This document shows positions 1-10,400 of a DNA stretch of 64,000 bases, piece by piece. A program made the position numbers and the translations under genes. The notes below the pieces were generated by a model. The model had not been told where the DNA came from and made no database searches. It saw nothing but the letters and a program-made list of their open reading frames with translations. Source of the DNA: Candidatus Micrarchaeota archaeon (GTDB lineage Archaea; Micrarchaeota; Micrarchaeia; Anstonellales; Bilamarchaeaceae); the NCBI GenBank assembly GCA_023129075.1, contig JAGMCT010000013.1, forward strand, positions 42,538 through 106,537. The letters run 5' to 3'. Numbering within the stretch: the stretch's first letter is position 1; every line of letters begins with the position of its first letter.

Positions 1-532
1 TTTTTGTGATGAAAATCACGGCAGAATCAACCCTTGGAGAAGGTGAAAAGTTCTCTTTTTTTACCTTCTTCTTCAATTCAATTTTGAAATATAAGGACGA
101 TGTTATAGACAATCTCCCGTAATTCTTTTCTCCTGGTTTTGCAACAAGCCTTTCAGCAAATTCTTTCTGCACCATCAAAACCGCACGCTTGAAAGGAATC
201 TCTGCAATCCTGAATAAGATTGGTGAGGAGATAGAATAAGGAATATTGCCAAAAATGCAGTCAAATTCGTATCCTTTAAAATCCATTTTCAGGAAATCTC
301 CTTCCTTTACCTCTATATTTTCCAAGGGAAGAGAACGAAGAATGTCAGCAAGCTTCTTATCCTTCTCTACAACGATTACCTTTTTCGCTTTCTTTGCAAG
401 CAGTTTAGTTATTCTTCCGTCTCCGCCACCTATCTCAAGAACTATTCCTTCCGGAGAAAGAAGATTGACCTCATACCTTGCGATTCCAGGGTTCTTAAGA
501 AAATGCTGGCCAAGATACTGTCTTCTTCTCAC
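1..532 (-). CDS. ksgA: 16S rRNA adenine dimethyltransferase KsgA/Dim1 (3' end runs off the window)
   Basis: Manual translation from GTG at 532 gives YLGQHFL, VLEIGGGDG, VEKD, GNIPYSISSPI, MVQKEFAERL and FSPSPRVDS, the characteristic KsgA motifs. The start overlaps the stop of the upstream gene (GTGA). Confidence 0.93.
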   Translation of the reverse strand, partial: MRRRQYLGQHFLKNPGIARYEVNLLSPEGIVLEIGGGDGRITKLLAKKAKKVIVVEKDKKLADILRSLPLENIEVKEGDFLKMDFKGYEFDCIFGNIPYSISSPILFRIAEIPFKRAVLMVQKEFAERLVAKPGEKNYGRLSITSSLYFKIELKKKVKKENFSPSPRVDSAVIFITK

Positions 533-759
533 TTTTTCCCCTCTATAAAAAGTATGGCTTCAAGAAGACCGTAAGAATAATCAGATGCTCCAAAGGAAGA
601 AAAATAATCCTTTGCCTCAAGAAAATACCTGGCATCAAGCATGTATTTATAGGCATGGGAAAGAATGGTTGGGTATTTCTTTCCATATTCCTTTTCCATT
701 TCAGCATACAATTCTATTAACTTTTCAAGGGATTTTTCAGACCTTTCTTTTTCGCTCAT
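529..759 (-). CDS. DUF357-family small archaeal protein
   Basis: 76 aa with AYKYMLDARYFLEAKDYFSSFGASDYSYGLLEA, the YxxDAxxF...D...A..YxYGxLxA pattern. Confidence 0.75.
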   Translation of the reverse strand: MSEKERSEKSLEKLIELYAEMEKEYGKKYPTILSHAYKYMLDARYFLEAKDYFSSFGASDYSYGLLEAILFIEGKK

Positions 760-777
760 GCTTTATCCTCTCAAAAA

Positions 778-977
778 GACGGGCCCGAAGGGAACTTGAA
801 ATCCGCAGTCTTGGAAACCAAAGGTTTCCGAGAGAATTACCCGGAGGGTAATCCGAGGGACCATCTGTTTTTTGGACGGGCCCGAAGGGAACTTAGAAAC
901 CTCTAAGTTTCTGAGTGCATTTTTACGGAGTAAAAATCCGCAGGGACCGTCTTATTTTGTGGACGGGCCCGAAGGGA
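778..977 (-). repeat. Tandem repeats of the tRNA-Arg 3' end separated by double-hairpin spacers
   Basis: GACGGGCCCGAAGGGA occurs at 778, ~875 and 962 (the tRNA itself). Spacers contain GGAAACC-AAA-GGTTTCC, ATTACCC-GGA-GGGTAAT, AGAAAC-CTCTAA-GTTTCT and ATTTTTAC-GGA-GTAAAAAT. Confidence 0.9.
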
Positions 978-1063
978 TTCGAACCCTCAACCTTCTGGTA
1001 TCCTCTAGCACTTTAGAGGAGCATCCGAAGCCAGACGCGCTATCCAGGTTGCGCTACGAGCCC
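964..1063 (-). tRNA. tRNA-Arg(TCG) with a 25-nt intron at canonical position 37/38 (1000-1024)
   Basis: GGGCTCG...CGGGCCCG acceptor stem, TCTGG-CTTCGG|intron|A-CCAGA anticodon arm, GAGGG-TTCGAAT-CCCTT T arm. A relaxed bulge-helix-bulge can form (CTTC:GAGG helix). Confidence 0.93.
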
Positions 1064-1959
1064 TATTTTGTAGTAACTTCAACACCGTTCGCAGTAATAA
1101 TAATAGTGTGTTCAAACTGTGAAACCAAGCCACCTTCTGCTTCCTTCAGCACAGGATAAGCCTTGAGCATCTGAGTCCTGAGCATTTCCTTTAAAGCATT
1201 CTTGAGGAGTAGTTTGGATTTGCATTCTTTATGGAGCCAGCGCTCTGCAAAAGGCAGAAGGCCGTATTCATTTAAAATGTGTGTTAATATTCTTCTGGAT
1301 TCTCTCATTCTTACCTGTCCGGGCATGTAAAGAGAAAAGATTTCAACCTGGTCCGTATCATTTACATATCCCTTGCCATCTGTTGCAAAGGGTTCTATCG
1401 CAAATATATCCCCTTCCTGGAATTCATAAGGGTCTTCTGTTTTTACATTAGGAACATCTATACCTGCATGAAGAATGCCTGGTCTGAGCATATGGCCTGT
1501 AAGGTTTGAGATAGGCTTGAAGCCGTCTGCTTTTATTATCTCCTCCACTACTCCTCCTACTTCCCCTACCTTTACACCTGGTTTTATGAATTTCAGGGCA
1601 GCATCCAGGGCCTTCCTTGAGGCGTCCAGAAGTTTCCCATGTTTTTCGCTCAGGTCAATAGTATACGCAGTGTCGGAAAGGCCGTCGTTCACATTCACCC
1701 CGAAATCCACCTTTACGATATCATCATCCCCGAAAACAGCATCTGAGCCTGCCTCTGGAGTATAATGTGCAGCAATATTATTTATGCTGATGTTCACAGG
1801 AAATGCAGGTTTATATCCTTCTTCTGCAATCATGCCTTCTATCGTTTCGGCAACATCAAGAAGAGAACCGCCCGGCATGACCAAATTCTCGCTTTCTTTT
1901 CTTATTTTTGATGCTATCTTTCCGGCAGTTCTAAAATCATCATAATTAATCTCGTCCAT
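1063..1959 (-). CDS. map: Methionine aminopeptidase type II
   Basis: AFPVNISINNIAAHYTP, KVDFG, DTAYT, NLTGH, FAIEPFAT and QFEHT metal-site motifs. Confidence 0.97.
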   Translation of the reverse strand: MDEINYDDFRTAGKIASKIRKESENLVMPGGSLLDVAETIEGMIAEEGYKPAFPVNISINNIAAHYTPEAGSDAVFGDDDIVKVDFGVNVNDGLSDTAYTIDLSEKHGKLLDASRKALDAALKFIKPGVKVGEVGGVVEEIIKADGFKPISNLTGHMLRPGILHAGIDVPNVKTEDPYEFQEGDIFAIEPFATDGKGYVNDTDQVEIFSLYMPGQVRMRESRRILTHILNEYGLLPFAERWLHKECKSKLLLKNALKEMLRTQMLKAYPVLKEAEGGLVSQFEHTIIITANGVEVTTK

Positions 1960-2039
1960 GGCTTATATTGGTGTATGATGTGTTTTAAAAACTTGCTTAT
2001 TGTCCGATGCTTGTTATACTATTATGCAATTCCGAGGGG

Positions 2040-3152
2040 TTATTGAACTAATCTTTTTACCCTGCCCTCATCCTGTTTCTTTTGAGGTCCCCTCATTTCC
2101 TTATTCTCAATATTTTCATTATTGTTCCACACTCTTTGAAGATTACTGAATAATTCCAATGATTCTGTTTTTGATATCATCCCTTTCTTTTGAAATTTTC
2201 TAAGTAATTGGATTACTTCTTTTCTTTTATTCGGAAGAATATCCTCTGGATTGGAAAACAAATAAATCAAAAGCTTTTGTTCTTTGGTGAATAGCTCTGG
2301 TTTTTCTTTTGCAATTTTGTTTATTGTTTCTTTTGTTGTGTTGTAGTAATTGTATGCATAAAGAACATCCGCCCCTTTCTGTATAAGGAGTTCACCCATT
2401 TCTGTATTTCTCCCTCCAGCAGTTACAATTAGTGCTGTCTTGCCATCCTCGTCTTTTGCATTTACATCTGCTCCTTTTTCTATTAAGAGTTCGGCTGTTT
2501 TTGTATGTTTATAGTAAGAAGCATACATCAATACAGTATAGCCATTCTCACCCTTTGCATTTACATCCACCCCTAATTGTATTAATAATTCGGCTGTTTC
2601 TGAATGCCCATTCTTAGATGCTTCTATGAATACTCTCTCAGCACAATTACTCTTTACATCTACTTCTGCTCCTTTTTCTATCAATAATTCAATTGTTTTT
2701 GTATGTCCGTTCCTAGCAGCATGTATTAATGCTGTTTCACCATTATTATCTTTTGAATTTACCTCTGCTCCTTTTTCTATCAATAATTCAATTAGTTCTG
2801 TATATCCTTTAGAAACAGCAAACATCAGTGCTGTCCGACCATTTTTATCCTTTGCATTTACATCTGCTCCTCTCCCTATCAATAATTCTACTGTTTTTGT
2901 TTGTCCATTTTTAGAAGCATACGTCAATAGTGTTATATCCTGCTCAGTCTTTACATTTACATTTACATTTGCTCCTTTCTCTATCAATAATTCAACTGCT
3001 TTTATATGTTTCTGGTCAAAAGCATGTATTAATGCTGTCAAACCCTCCTTATCTCTTGTATCTATGTCCACTCCCATCCTTATTAATAATTCAAGTGTTT
3101 CTGCTTGTTCGTCTTTAGCGGCTTTCAGTATTTCATCGCTCCAATAAATCAT
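2040..3152 (-). CDS. Ankyrin repeat protein with basic C-terminal tail
   Basis: About 8 repeats of GxTAL..A...GHxxxxELLIxKGAxVNAKD. Confidence 0.95.
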   Translation of the reverse strand: MIYWSDEILKAAKDEQAETLELLIRMGVDIDTRDKEGLTALIHAFDQKHIKAVELLIEKGANVNVNVKTEQDITLLTYASKNGQTKTVELLIGRGADVNAKDKNGRTALMFAVSKGYTELIELLIEKGAEVNSKDNNGETALIHAARNGHTKTIELLIEKGAEVDVKSNCAERVFIEASKNGHSETAELLIQLGVDVNAKGENGYTVLMYASYYKHTKTAELLIEKGADVNAKDEDGKTALIVTAGGRNTEMGELLIQKGADVLYAYNYYNTTKETINKIAKEKPELFTKEQKLLIYLFSNPEDILPNKRKEVIQLLRKFQKKGMISKTESLELFSNLQRVWNNNENIENKEMRGPQKKQDEGRVKRLVQ

Positions 3153-3245
3153 AATACTACATTTATGTAGACAATTTAAAAAAGTTTCCCCCTATAAAAA
3201 TCTTATTCCTGGAGTATATTTATCCAACCGCATATTTTTAATTGG

Positions 3246-3536
3246 TTGCTGAACAGTATGACAACTATGGCCTCTTTGAAAGAACTGGAAAAATGGATGT
3301 GTAGAATAGAGGAAAGGAACAGAAAGGTGGAAGGAAACAAAGCATGGGAAACAAGTTATTCAAGAAGGATTCTGCTTACAGTGTTCACCTATTTGGCTGT
3401 CGGGTTCTATCTTCAGGCAATAAATATCCCAAACGCATGGCTTAATGCAATCGTTCCTGCAGTAGCGTTTATGCTTTCTACATTAACACTTCCATTCTTT
3501 AAGGAAATGTGGCTGAGGTATATTTACAGGAAATAA
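3246..3536 (+). CDS. Small two-TM membrane protein (start may be 3258 or 3267)
   Basis: IEERNRKVEGNKAWETS followed by two hydrophobic helices. Confidence 0.7.
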   Translation: MLNSMTTMASLKELEKWMCRIEERNRKVEGNKAWETSYSRRILLTVFTYLAVGFYLQAINIPNAWLNAIVPAVAFMLSTLTLPFFKEMWLRYIYRK

Positions 3537-3684
3537 AAGAAGTTTATTTGGAAACCATCATCATCAATCTATTGAATTCTATTGTATATTCAAAAGGAAG
3601 CTCTTTTATAAAATCCTTGGATAAATCAAGCATAAGAAGTCTTGAGTGGTTATTTTTAAAAAAATTGTAGTTCAGAAAACAAAC

Positions 3685-4704
3685 CTACCTAAAGGGCCTC
3701 ATGTTTCTTTTTAATTGAAAAACAAAAGGAAGATTTATTGAAAGGGATTTCTTTGCAACCTCCAGTTCTTCAGGGTCCATAGCTGCACGCAGGTCTGCTT
3801 CTATAAGAACCGATGGATAAGCATAGGAAGAATTTATTGCTGAAAGGGAATGGACAGCAGAAGCAATATCATCAATCTTAAGCAAGGAGTTGAGATATTC
3901 TATTCGCAGAGGCCGGTCCCCCTGCACGGGTTTTAGGTAAAATATACGGATATCATCTGCAAAATCCTTTAAATCCCTAAGAGTCTGGTGCTTGGATGCC
4001 TCTTTGGAATAATAAATAGAAGAGGTCCTTTCCCCTTCCTTAAGAAGGTAATTAAGAAAGAATGTATCTGAGGTTCGGAAAGGGATGTGTGAAGGAAAAA
4101 GTTCAACAAACCTTCTTGCGCGGGAATCCTTTATCAGACCAAGAAGCTGTGTATTCTTCTCCTTTGCAATGGAGTAAAGATTCTTATATTTTGAAATCAA
4201 TTCTATGTATTTCTCAAAAAGAACAGAACTCTCGGAAGGTTTATCAGCAGGCAGAGGAAGGATGGAACCATCAAGAAAAAAGAAATCAGGACTGTATTTT
4301 TTTATTGCGGAGATTGCTTCTTTTATTTCGGAATCCAAACGAACAATGGATTTGTGCCAAAGGATTTCCTTTTCATCAAGACCCATCATTATTTCATATG
4401 AGGGCTTGGGAAAGGAAGATGGAGAATAAACAGAGGAAATAAGGGAAGAATTTTCGTATTCAAAGATTGCGGAAGCAGAACGGAAGATAAGAACATCAAC
4501 ACCATGCATCTCATAGGAAAGGATGCCCCCGTCAACAGCTCCAACCTTTAAATCAAGGGAAGAAGGAGATACGGGAAGAATCATTTTGCCTTCAATGAAT
4601 TCCATTGAATCCGGGTTTTTTTCCTTGAGCTTTTCTGCAGAATTCTTTATCTTTTCCTCCTTTTTCTGGATATGTAATGCTGCTTCTTTCAACTCTTCAA
4701 GCAT
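3685..4704 (-). CDS. nurA: DNA double-strand break repair nuclease NurA
   Basis: GAVDGG, FLDGSI, GLIKDS, PLRIEY and YAYPSVLIEAD motifs. Confidence 0.88.
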   Translation of the reverse strand: MLEELKEAALHIQKKEEKIKNSAEKLKEKNPDSMEFIEGKMILPVSPSSLDLKVGAVDGGILSYEMHGVDVLIFRSASAIFEYENSSLISSVYSPSSFPKPSYEIMMGLDEKEILWHKSIVRLDSEIKEAISAIKKYSPDFFFLDGSILPLPADKPSESSVLFEKYIELISKYKNLYSIAKEKNTQLLGLIKDSRARRFVELFPSHIPFRTSDTFFLNYLLKEGERTSSIYYSKEASKHQTLRDLKDFADDIRIFYLKPVQGDRPLRIEYLNSLLKIDDIASAVHSLSAINSSYAYPSVLIEADLRAAMDPEELEVAKKSLSINLPFVFQLKRNMRPFR

Positions 4705-6034
4705 TTATTATCTCCTCCACTCTTTTTCTGTATTTATTTGCATAGGATTCTGCGTTTTCCTTGGATTTTGCTTCTGCAAAAACCCTGATATAATTTTCTG
4801 TTCCAGAAGCTCTTACAATGACCCACCCATCCGGAAGGTTGAACCTCAGGCCGTCCACATCTATATACTGAATTCCCTCTGAATCAAATTGTTTTTTTAA
4901 CTCAGAAATAATATTTGGTTTCTTTTCATCAGGGCAGGAAATCTTTATTTTCATATTGTAATAGAAAGGAATTGCAGAAAGCAGTTCGGAAAGGGGTTTT
5001 TCTCTCATCCTTTCGGAGATAAATGCTGCAGTGAGAAAACCATCCTTTGCAAGAGAAACCTCCGGCCAGACTACCCCTCCAACCTCTTCTCCCCCTATAA
5101 CTGACTGCTTTTTCTCCATCTCTTTGCTAAGGTAAGGGGCTCCAACCTTCGTATAAACGGTTTTTACGCTGAATTGGTCTGCGATGTCCTCAACAAGCCT
5201 GCTAGTGGCAACGGTGGTGACAACATCTCCTTTTTTCTTCTGCAGAACAAAGTATTCACACAGGCCGAAAACCCTGTCGCCTACTATAAAATTGCCTTTT
5301 TCATCCACAAATATGACACGGTCTCCATCTCCGTCCCATGCAATTCCCCCGTCTGCTTTTAACTCAACAACCATCTTCTTCAAAACCGCTACATTTTCTT
5401 CAGTTGGTTCGGAAGGCCTTCCAGGGAATGTGCCGTCCATATTTGAGTTTATGGTGGTTATTTTTATATTCATTTTTTTGAATAATTCCGATGCAATTGT
5501 GATTGGTGAGCCGTTTGCCAAGTCAAGGATGAGGTATAGAGGTTTTGAAGAAGGTTTTACATATGAAAGGATTGTGTCAATGTGCTCCCTTGTTGCTGTG
5601 GAATATGAAATTCCGGGTTTTACCTTATCCCACTCTACCAACTCCACCTCTCCATCTATCATTCTCTCTATCTTTTCTCCCCTTTCCTTTGAAATTGCAG
5701 AACCATTTCCATCCATTACCTTAAGGGCGTTCCACTCGGGGGTGTTGTGGGAACCGGTTATTATTATTAGGCCATCCGGCTTTAGTCTTTCAACCATGAA
5801 TTCAGCAGTTGGTGTGGAAACCAGTCCAAGGTCCACTATCTGGCAGCCTACACTCTGCAAACCGCTCAGAACTGCATATGTTAGCAGTTCGCTTGTCTTT
5901 CTATGGTCCCTTGCAACAAGTATCTTTCCCCTGTTGAAGTAGATTCCAATTGCCTGGGCTGCCTTGAGTGCAAAAGAGGGGTTGAGTTTGTCAAAAGTTC
6001 CCCTTATTCCATTGGTTCCAAAATATTTCGCCAT
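4697..6034 (-). CDS. glmM: Phosphoglucosamine mutase / phosphomannomutase
   Basis: FGTNGIRG, TGSHN phosphoserine loop, DGDGDR, GGEEVG and RASGTE. The likely start is MAKY at 6034. Confidence 0.9.
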   Translation of the reverse strand: MAKYFGTNGIRGTFDKLNPSFALKAAQAIGIYFNRGKILVARDHRKTSELLTYAVLSGLQSVGCQIVDLGLVSTPTAEFMVERLKPDGLIIITGSHNTPEWNALKVMDGNGSAISKERGEKIERMIDGEVELVEWDKVKPGISYSTATREHIDTILSYVKPSSKPLYLILDLANGSPITIASELFKKMNIKITTINSNMDGTFPGRPSEPTEENVAVLKKMVVELKADGGIAWDGDGDRVIFVDEKGNFIVGDRVFGLCEYFVLQKKKGDVVTTVATSRLVEDIADQFSVKTVYTKVGAPYLSKEMEKKQSVIGGEEVGGVVWPEVSLAKDGFLTAAFISERMREKPLSELLSAIPFYYNMKIKISCPDEKKPNIISELKKQFDSEGIQYIDVDGLRFNLPDGWVIVRASGTENYIRVFAEAKSKENAESYANKYRKRVEEIINA

Positions 6035-6035
6035 C

Positions 6036-6389
6036 TTATCTCCTCTTCTTTTCCAATCTATCAAGTCTTTCTATTATCCCATCCAATTTTGCATGGGTTT
6101 CAGTCCAGTATGGATTTCTACTGCCTGCAATCCTTGCTTTCTGCTGGGGAAATTTGATTACCCTGTCCATTACAAAACCTATAACCCAGATTCCTATGAA
6201 TGCAAGCAGAACTCCAAAAAATACCAACTGCATTGTATAATCTATATTAAAAAATGCCTTAAGCTTATCCGAGGCTGAAATCACCAGCAGAACGAAATTT
6301 ATCAGAGTCAAAAATTGTATTCCAACTGTGAACCTCCAGTACTGCTCAATAACTAAATCCCGCAGGTTTCTTAAGAAATTCTTTATCAT
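6036..6389 (-). CDS. Two-TM hypothetical membrane protein
   Basis: Two hydrophobic helices and a RNPY...coiled tail; translationally adjacent to glmM. Confidence 0.7.
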   Translation of the reverse strand: MIKNFLRNLRDLVIEQYWRFTVGIQFLTLINFVLLVISASDKLKAFFNIDYTMQLVFFGVLLAFIGIWVIGFVMDRVIKFPQQKARIAGSRNPYWTETHAKLDGIIERLDRLEKKRR

Positions 6390-6420
6390 GGAAAGATTTC
6401 ACAGAACAGGTTTAAAAATC

Positions 6421-6978
6421 TCACTTATTTTCCTTTCCCCAGGCTACGATAAGCGCATGGTATTCCTTGTATAAATTTACATCTTTTGGAAGATTAGATT
6501 CAAAGAACAAACGATATTCATCATATTCCTTTGCCTCAAAAATGGAGTAATGTTTGCAGAATCTTCTTGTGTATGCATCTATCACGAAAATGGGTTTGTG
6601 GAATCCATAGAGCAATATAGAATCTGCGGTTTCCTTTCCAACCCCTTTTACTGAGAGAAAGTGTTCTCTTAATTTTAGGATATTCCAGGATGATTTAGCT
6701 TTGAGGTGGGCCTTTGTAAGCAAACCCAGTCTTTCTGCCTTTTGGTTGTAGTAGCCTGCAGGCCTTATCAACTCCGCAAGCTCTTCTTTCTTAAGATTTA
6801 AAATTAAATTCGGGGTAAGTTTTCCTTTGGATTTCAGGTTTAAAATGGCCTTTTCAACATTCTTCCAGTTGGTGTTCTGGGTTAAGAGAGCGCCGACAAC
6901 AACCTCAAAATCACTTTCTGCAGGCCACCAGTTCTGTTTTCCATATCTTTTAAGTAGTTTTTTGTATTGCCTCAGCAT
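6421..6978 (-). CDS. HhH-GPD / endonuclease III-related DNA glycosylase (no Fe-S cluster)
   Basis: WWPAE..FEVVVGALLTQNTNW, IRPAGYYNQKA, KGVGKETADSILLY and FVIDAY. Confidence 0.9.
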   Translation of the reverse strand: MLRQYKKLLKRYGKQNWWPAESDFEVVVGALLTQNTNWKNVEKAILNLKSKGKLTPNLILNLKKEELAELIRPAGYYNQKAERLGLLTKAHLKAKSSWNILKLREHFLSVKGVGKETADSILLYGFHKPIFVIDAYTRRFCKHYSIFEAKEYDEYRLFFESNLPKDVNLYKEYHALIVAWGKENK

Positions 6979-6979
6979 A

Positions 6980-7474
6980 TTATCTCTTGTATCCTATCTT
7001 TCTCAAGAAGTCCTTTCTTTCTTTTTTATCCTCATCCTTTTCTATTCCGAGCGGGGTCTCTCCATCAATCACTCCTAAAATTCCCCTTCCTTGTTTTGTT
7101 TCTGCTATCACTACCTGAAGTGAATTTGCTGTTGCTGCATAAAGCGAAACAACCTCGCTTATGCTCTGGATTCTATTAACAATGTTTACTGGAAAGCCGT
7201 CCTTGAGGAATATTACAAAGGAATGGCCTGCCCCTACTTTTAGAGCTGTCTGTTCTGCAAGGGAAATCAATTCCTTATCATTTCCATCGCTTCTTATGAG
7301 CCTTTTTGCAGATGCCTCACAAAAGGCAAGACCAAATCTTATTGAAATCCCGCTTTCTGCAATAGTTTCATAAAGGTCCTCAACAGTTTTTATGAAATGG
7401 GACTGACCAAGGATGACATTCATTCCTTCGGGTACTTTTATATCCACTAATTTCATTTCCATAAAAATCACCAA
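6980..7474 (-). CDS. Adenosine-specific kinase / AMP-protein transferase family (DUF355)
   Basis: [42 protein letters not shown] and RKIGYKR. Confidence 0.88.
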   Translation of the reverse strand: MVIFMEMKLVDIKVPEGMNVILGQSHFIKTVEDLYETIAESGISIRFGLAFCEASAKRLIRSDGNDKELISLAEQTALKVGAGHSFVIFLKDGFPVNIVNRIQSISEVVSLYAATANSLQVVIAETKQGRGILGVIDGETPLGIEKDEDKKERKDFLRKIGYKR

Positions 7475-7497
7475 AAATAAAAGAAAAAGAAAGGAAT

Positions 7498-10400
7498 TTA
7501 TTTCTTTTTGCTTTTTAGCTTCTTTGTTCTTCTTTTTTTACCCTTTTTGCCTTTCTTCTGCTTGGTTTTGTATATATAAATCAGAACTGCAAGCAGAAGG
7601 AGAAGCAATAACAACCAGCCCCATTGGGTAATAATAGCTGTTGCTTTTTGTTCTAAGGTTTCTTCCGGCTCTTCCCTTGGAATCTCTACTGCCTTCTTTA
7701 TTATGTTCACTTCATCCTCATCAGGAACAAACCCTGCCTTTTCTGCTCTTAATATGCAGGTTCCTTCTATCCATGGGGTAAAGTTTATTTGTCCTATGTC
7801 ATTGGTGTAGCCAAGGAATCTTTCCTCTTCTGCACATGTTGCATAGACCTTTGCACCTGAGAGGAGGGAACCGTCTTCCATAGAGATTACTGTAAGAATA
7901 AGAACCTCTTCAACCTCTGCCTCTTTCCTGTCAGGCTCTACCTTCAGGCCTGGTCTTTCCATCTCTGGTGGTTCTTTCTCTTCCTCTCCTCCTTCACCTG
8001 GACCAGCTGTCGGCTGAACAACAATAAAGTTCTCATCATCAGGTTCATAATTCTGTTTTGTTGCTGTTGCTGTGTATGTTCCTAAGTCGGGGGGTGTGAA
8101 TGTAAGGTTAATATCCGTGCTTGTAAGGACTGCATTTGAGAAACCTGCTCCTGAAGGCCATACTATCGTTATGGTTGCATTAGAAAGGTAATCTTTGTTC
8201 TCATCCAAAACATAAAGCTGGATTGACTGGCCTTTTTCTATTGATGCAGGGTAAACTATAAGGTCAAGGAAACCTTCAACTACCTCAAAGTTCTCTGAGT
8301 CAGTCTTACAGCCCGGGGCTTTTCCTGTTGCCCTGTAGTCTCCTAGTTTGGGGGGTGCATAAATGAGTTTTCCGTTTGTTGTTGAGAATGTCTGGCTTAT
8401 CCAGTCAGGGTCTCTTACGGTTATCTCAGCGTTGTTTATGCATGAGGCAGCACCTGTAATCTGCATTAGCACATCTGTTCCAAACTTGGCTGTAGTAGGT
8501 GTAACTGTGAGGATAAGGTTATCTGCTCCGCCTCCTGGTGGTGCTGGTGGTACTGGGGGTACTCCAACATCGACCGCATAACCGCTGAATGCATTAACAG
8601 AGAATCTTACTGTTTCGGTTGAAGGACAGCTTATTGAAGCAGAAGCGTAGTTTATTCCATTTGTAATGATATCCAATCTTGTGGAAGGATAACCGTCTTT
8701 CTTCTTTACTTCTATGTTGCCTGCATCACAGGGGGCCATTGGTGAATCCAGTGTTATATATGCTGAATTATTGAACTGAGTTGCATTTCCATCTGAATCA
8801 TTAAGGGAAACAAATCCAGGGTCAAGGTAGATATTCTTATTCAAAGAAAGGTTTGTATAATTCACCTGTGCATCTTCCCACATTACGCATCCTGTGGATT
8901 CATTATAGCAGACTGCAAAATTGGCAAAGTAATTAACATCTGTTGAGGTATTCTCAAAGAATATGATGTCTCCCTGCGGAGAGTAAACTGTACTATCATA
9001 GAATATATTTGTATGCGGCATCAGAGTAGGACCTTCAAGTGAACCCTCAGCAAAATAAATTATCGGTTCTGTGCTTCCTGAGTAAACTGTGGAGTTTATA
9101 AGTGCAAAAAGGCTTGTATTGTCCTGAAGCCATATTGAATGCTCTGTTGCATTAATAGAGGTGTAATTAACAACAATCCAATTTGTTGTATGGTTTAGGA
9201 CAATCCCATAGGGGGCTCCGGAAATGTTGCAGTAAATCATCTCAGAGTGTGCATCAGTAGCCATGAAATATACGTTTGCTATTCCATTGTCAACTATATT
9301 GGAAAGGTATATGCCGCCCCCTGCATCCTCTCCTGCAAAAACTATTCCAGCCTGGTTATTATCATGCACATCCGTTAGGTATGTAATAAAGAAGCCGTCC
9401 ACGCTGTTTACCATTATCCCCAAATCATTTGAGTGGATGTCTGAACCGAGCAGATAGTTGTCTTCATTTGCATTGAAAAGAATGCCGTATTCGTTCTCGT
9501 AAATTTCGCTCGTATTAATCGTATTCTCTTCTGAAGTCCCATCAAATACAATTCCATGTGATGTATTGTAGACTGAAATGTTTATGAGCTCATTCCAGTT
9601 TGAATCATCCAAATAAATACCTGGATATATCCCCTCAGGAGGGTCAATATCTGTGGTGGTGTTTGAAATTGTTAAATTTATCAGTATATTTTCGTCTGAA
9701 CCTGCTAAAAGCACTGAATAATTGTTTCTATGTAGTTCCATACCACCGAATATATTGTCATTTGAACCAATAACTACCAGGCCTGCATAGTTGTCTGAGG
9801 AATTGGTATATGCGACAACTGCGTCATCTGTATTGATTAAGAGAATTCCATTGTTGTTGAGAATATCAGAACCACTCACATTTGCATTATAAATCTCTGC
9901 ATCATCCGCATCACAAAGGAGCAATTCTGAGACCTCTCCTCCTGCAAATACTGAAGAATCATTGTAATATATTATAGGTCTGTTGCCTGAGCCAACCATG
10001 TTGGTTATTATATGGTCGCAGTCTGAAATAACCCCCAGCTCAACATATAAATCAAATAAGAGGTTTTCCCTTGCATAAGAATTCTGAATCTCTCCTTCTG
10101 AAGATTCATTTAAGAGCAGACCATAAGTATTATTGTTTAAGTCTAAACCGGAAAGGAATGCATTATCAGAGTTGTAAAGTATAACACCTGAATAAGAATT
10201 GTTTGAGGTTATGTTTCCTGCAAGCACACAGTTGTTTGAATCTTCAATCATTACTCCTGTCACATCATGGTCTCTTGTTGAGATGTTTCCCAAAAGCACG
10301 TTGTCCGGGGAAACTGAGAGATAAACAGTATGCTGAGTGTTGTTTCCTGTGATATTCAATCCTGAGAAATTGTTTCCTCCTGAAGAAATGAACCAGAGTT

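Noticed and set aside
872-1159. ORF 872-1159 (+), also 585-851
   Set aside because: Antisense to tRNA-Arg, its repeats and the DUF357 gene.
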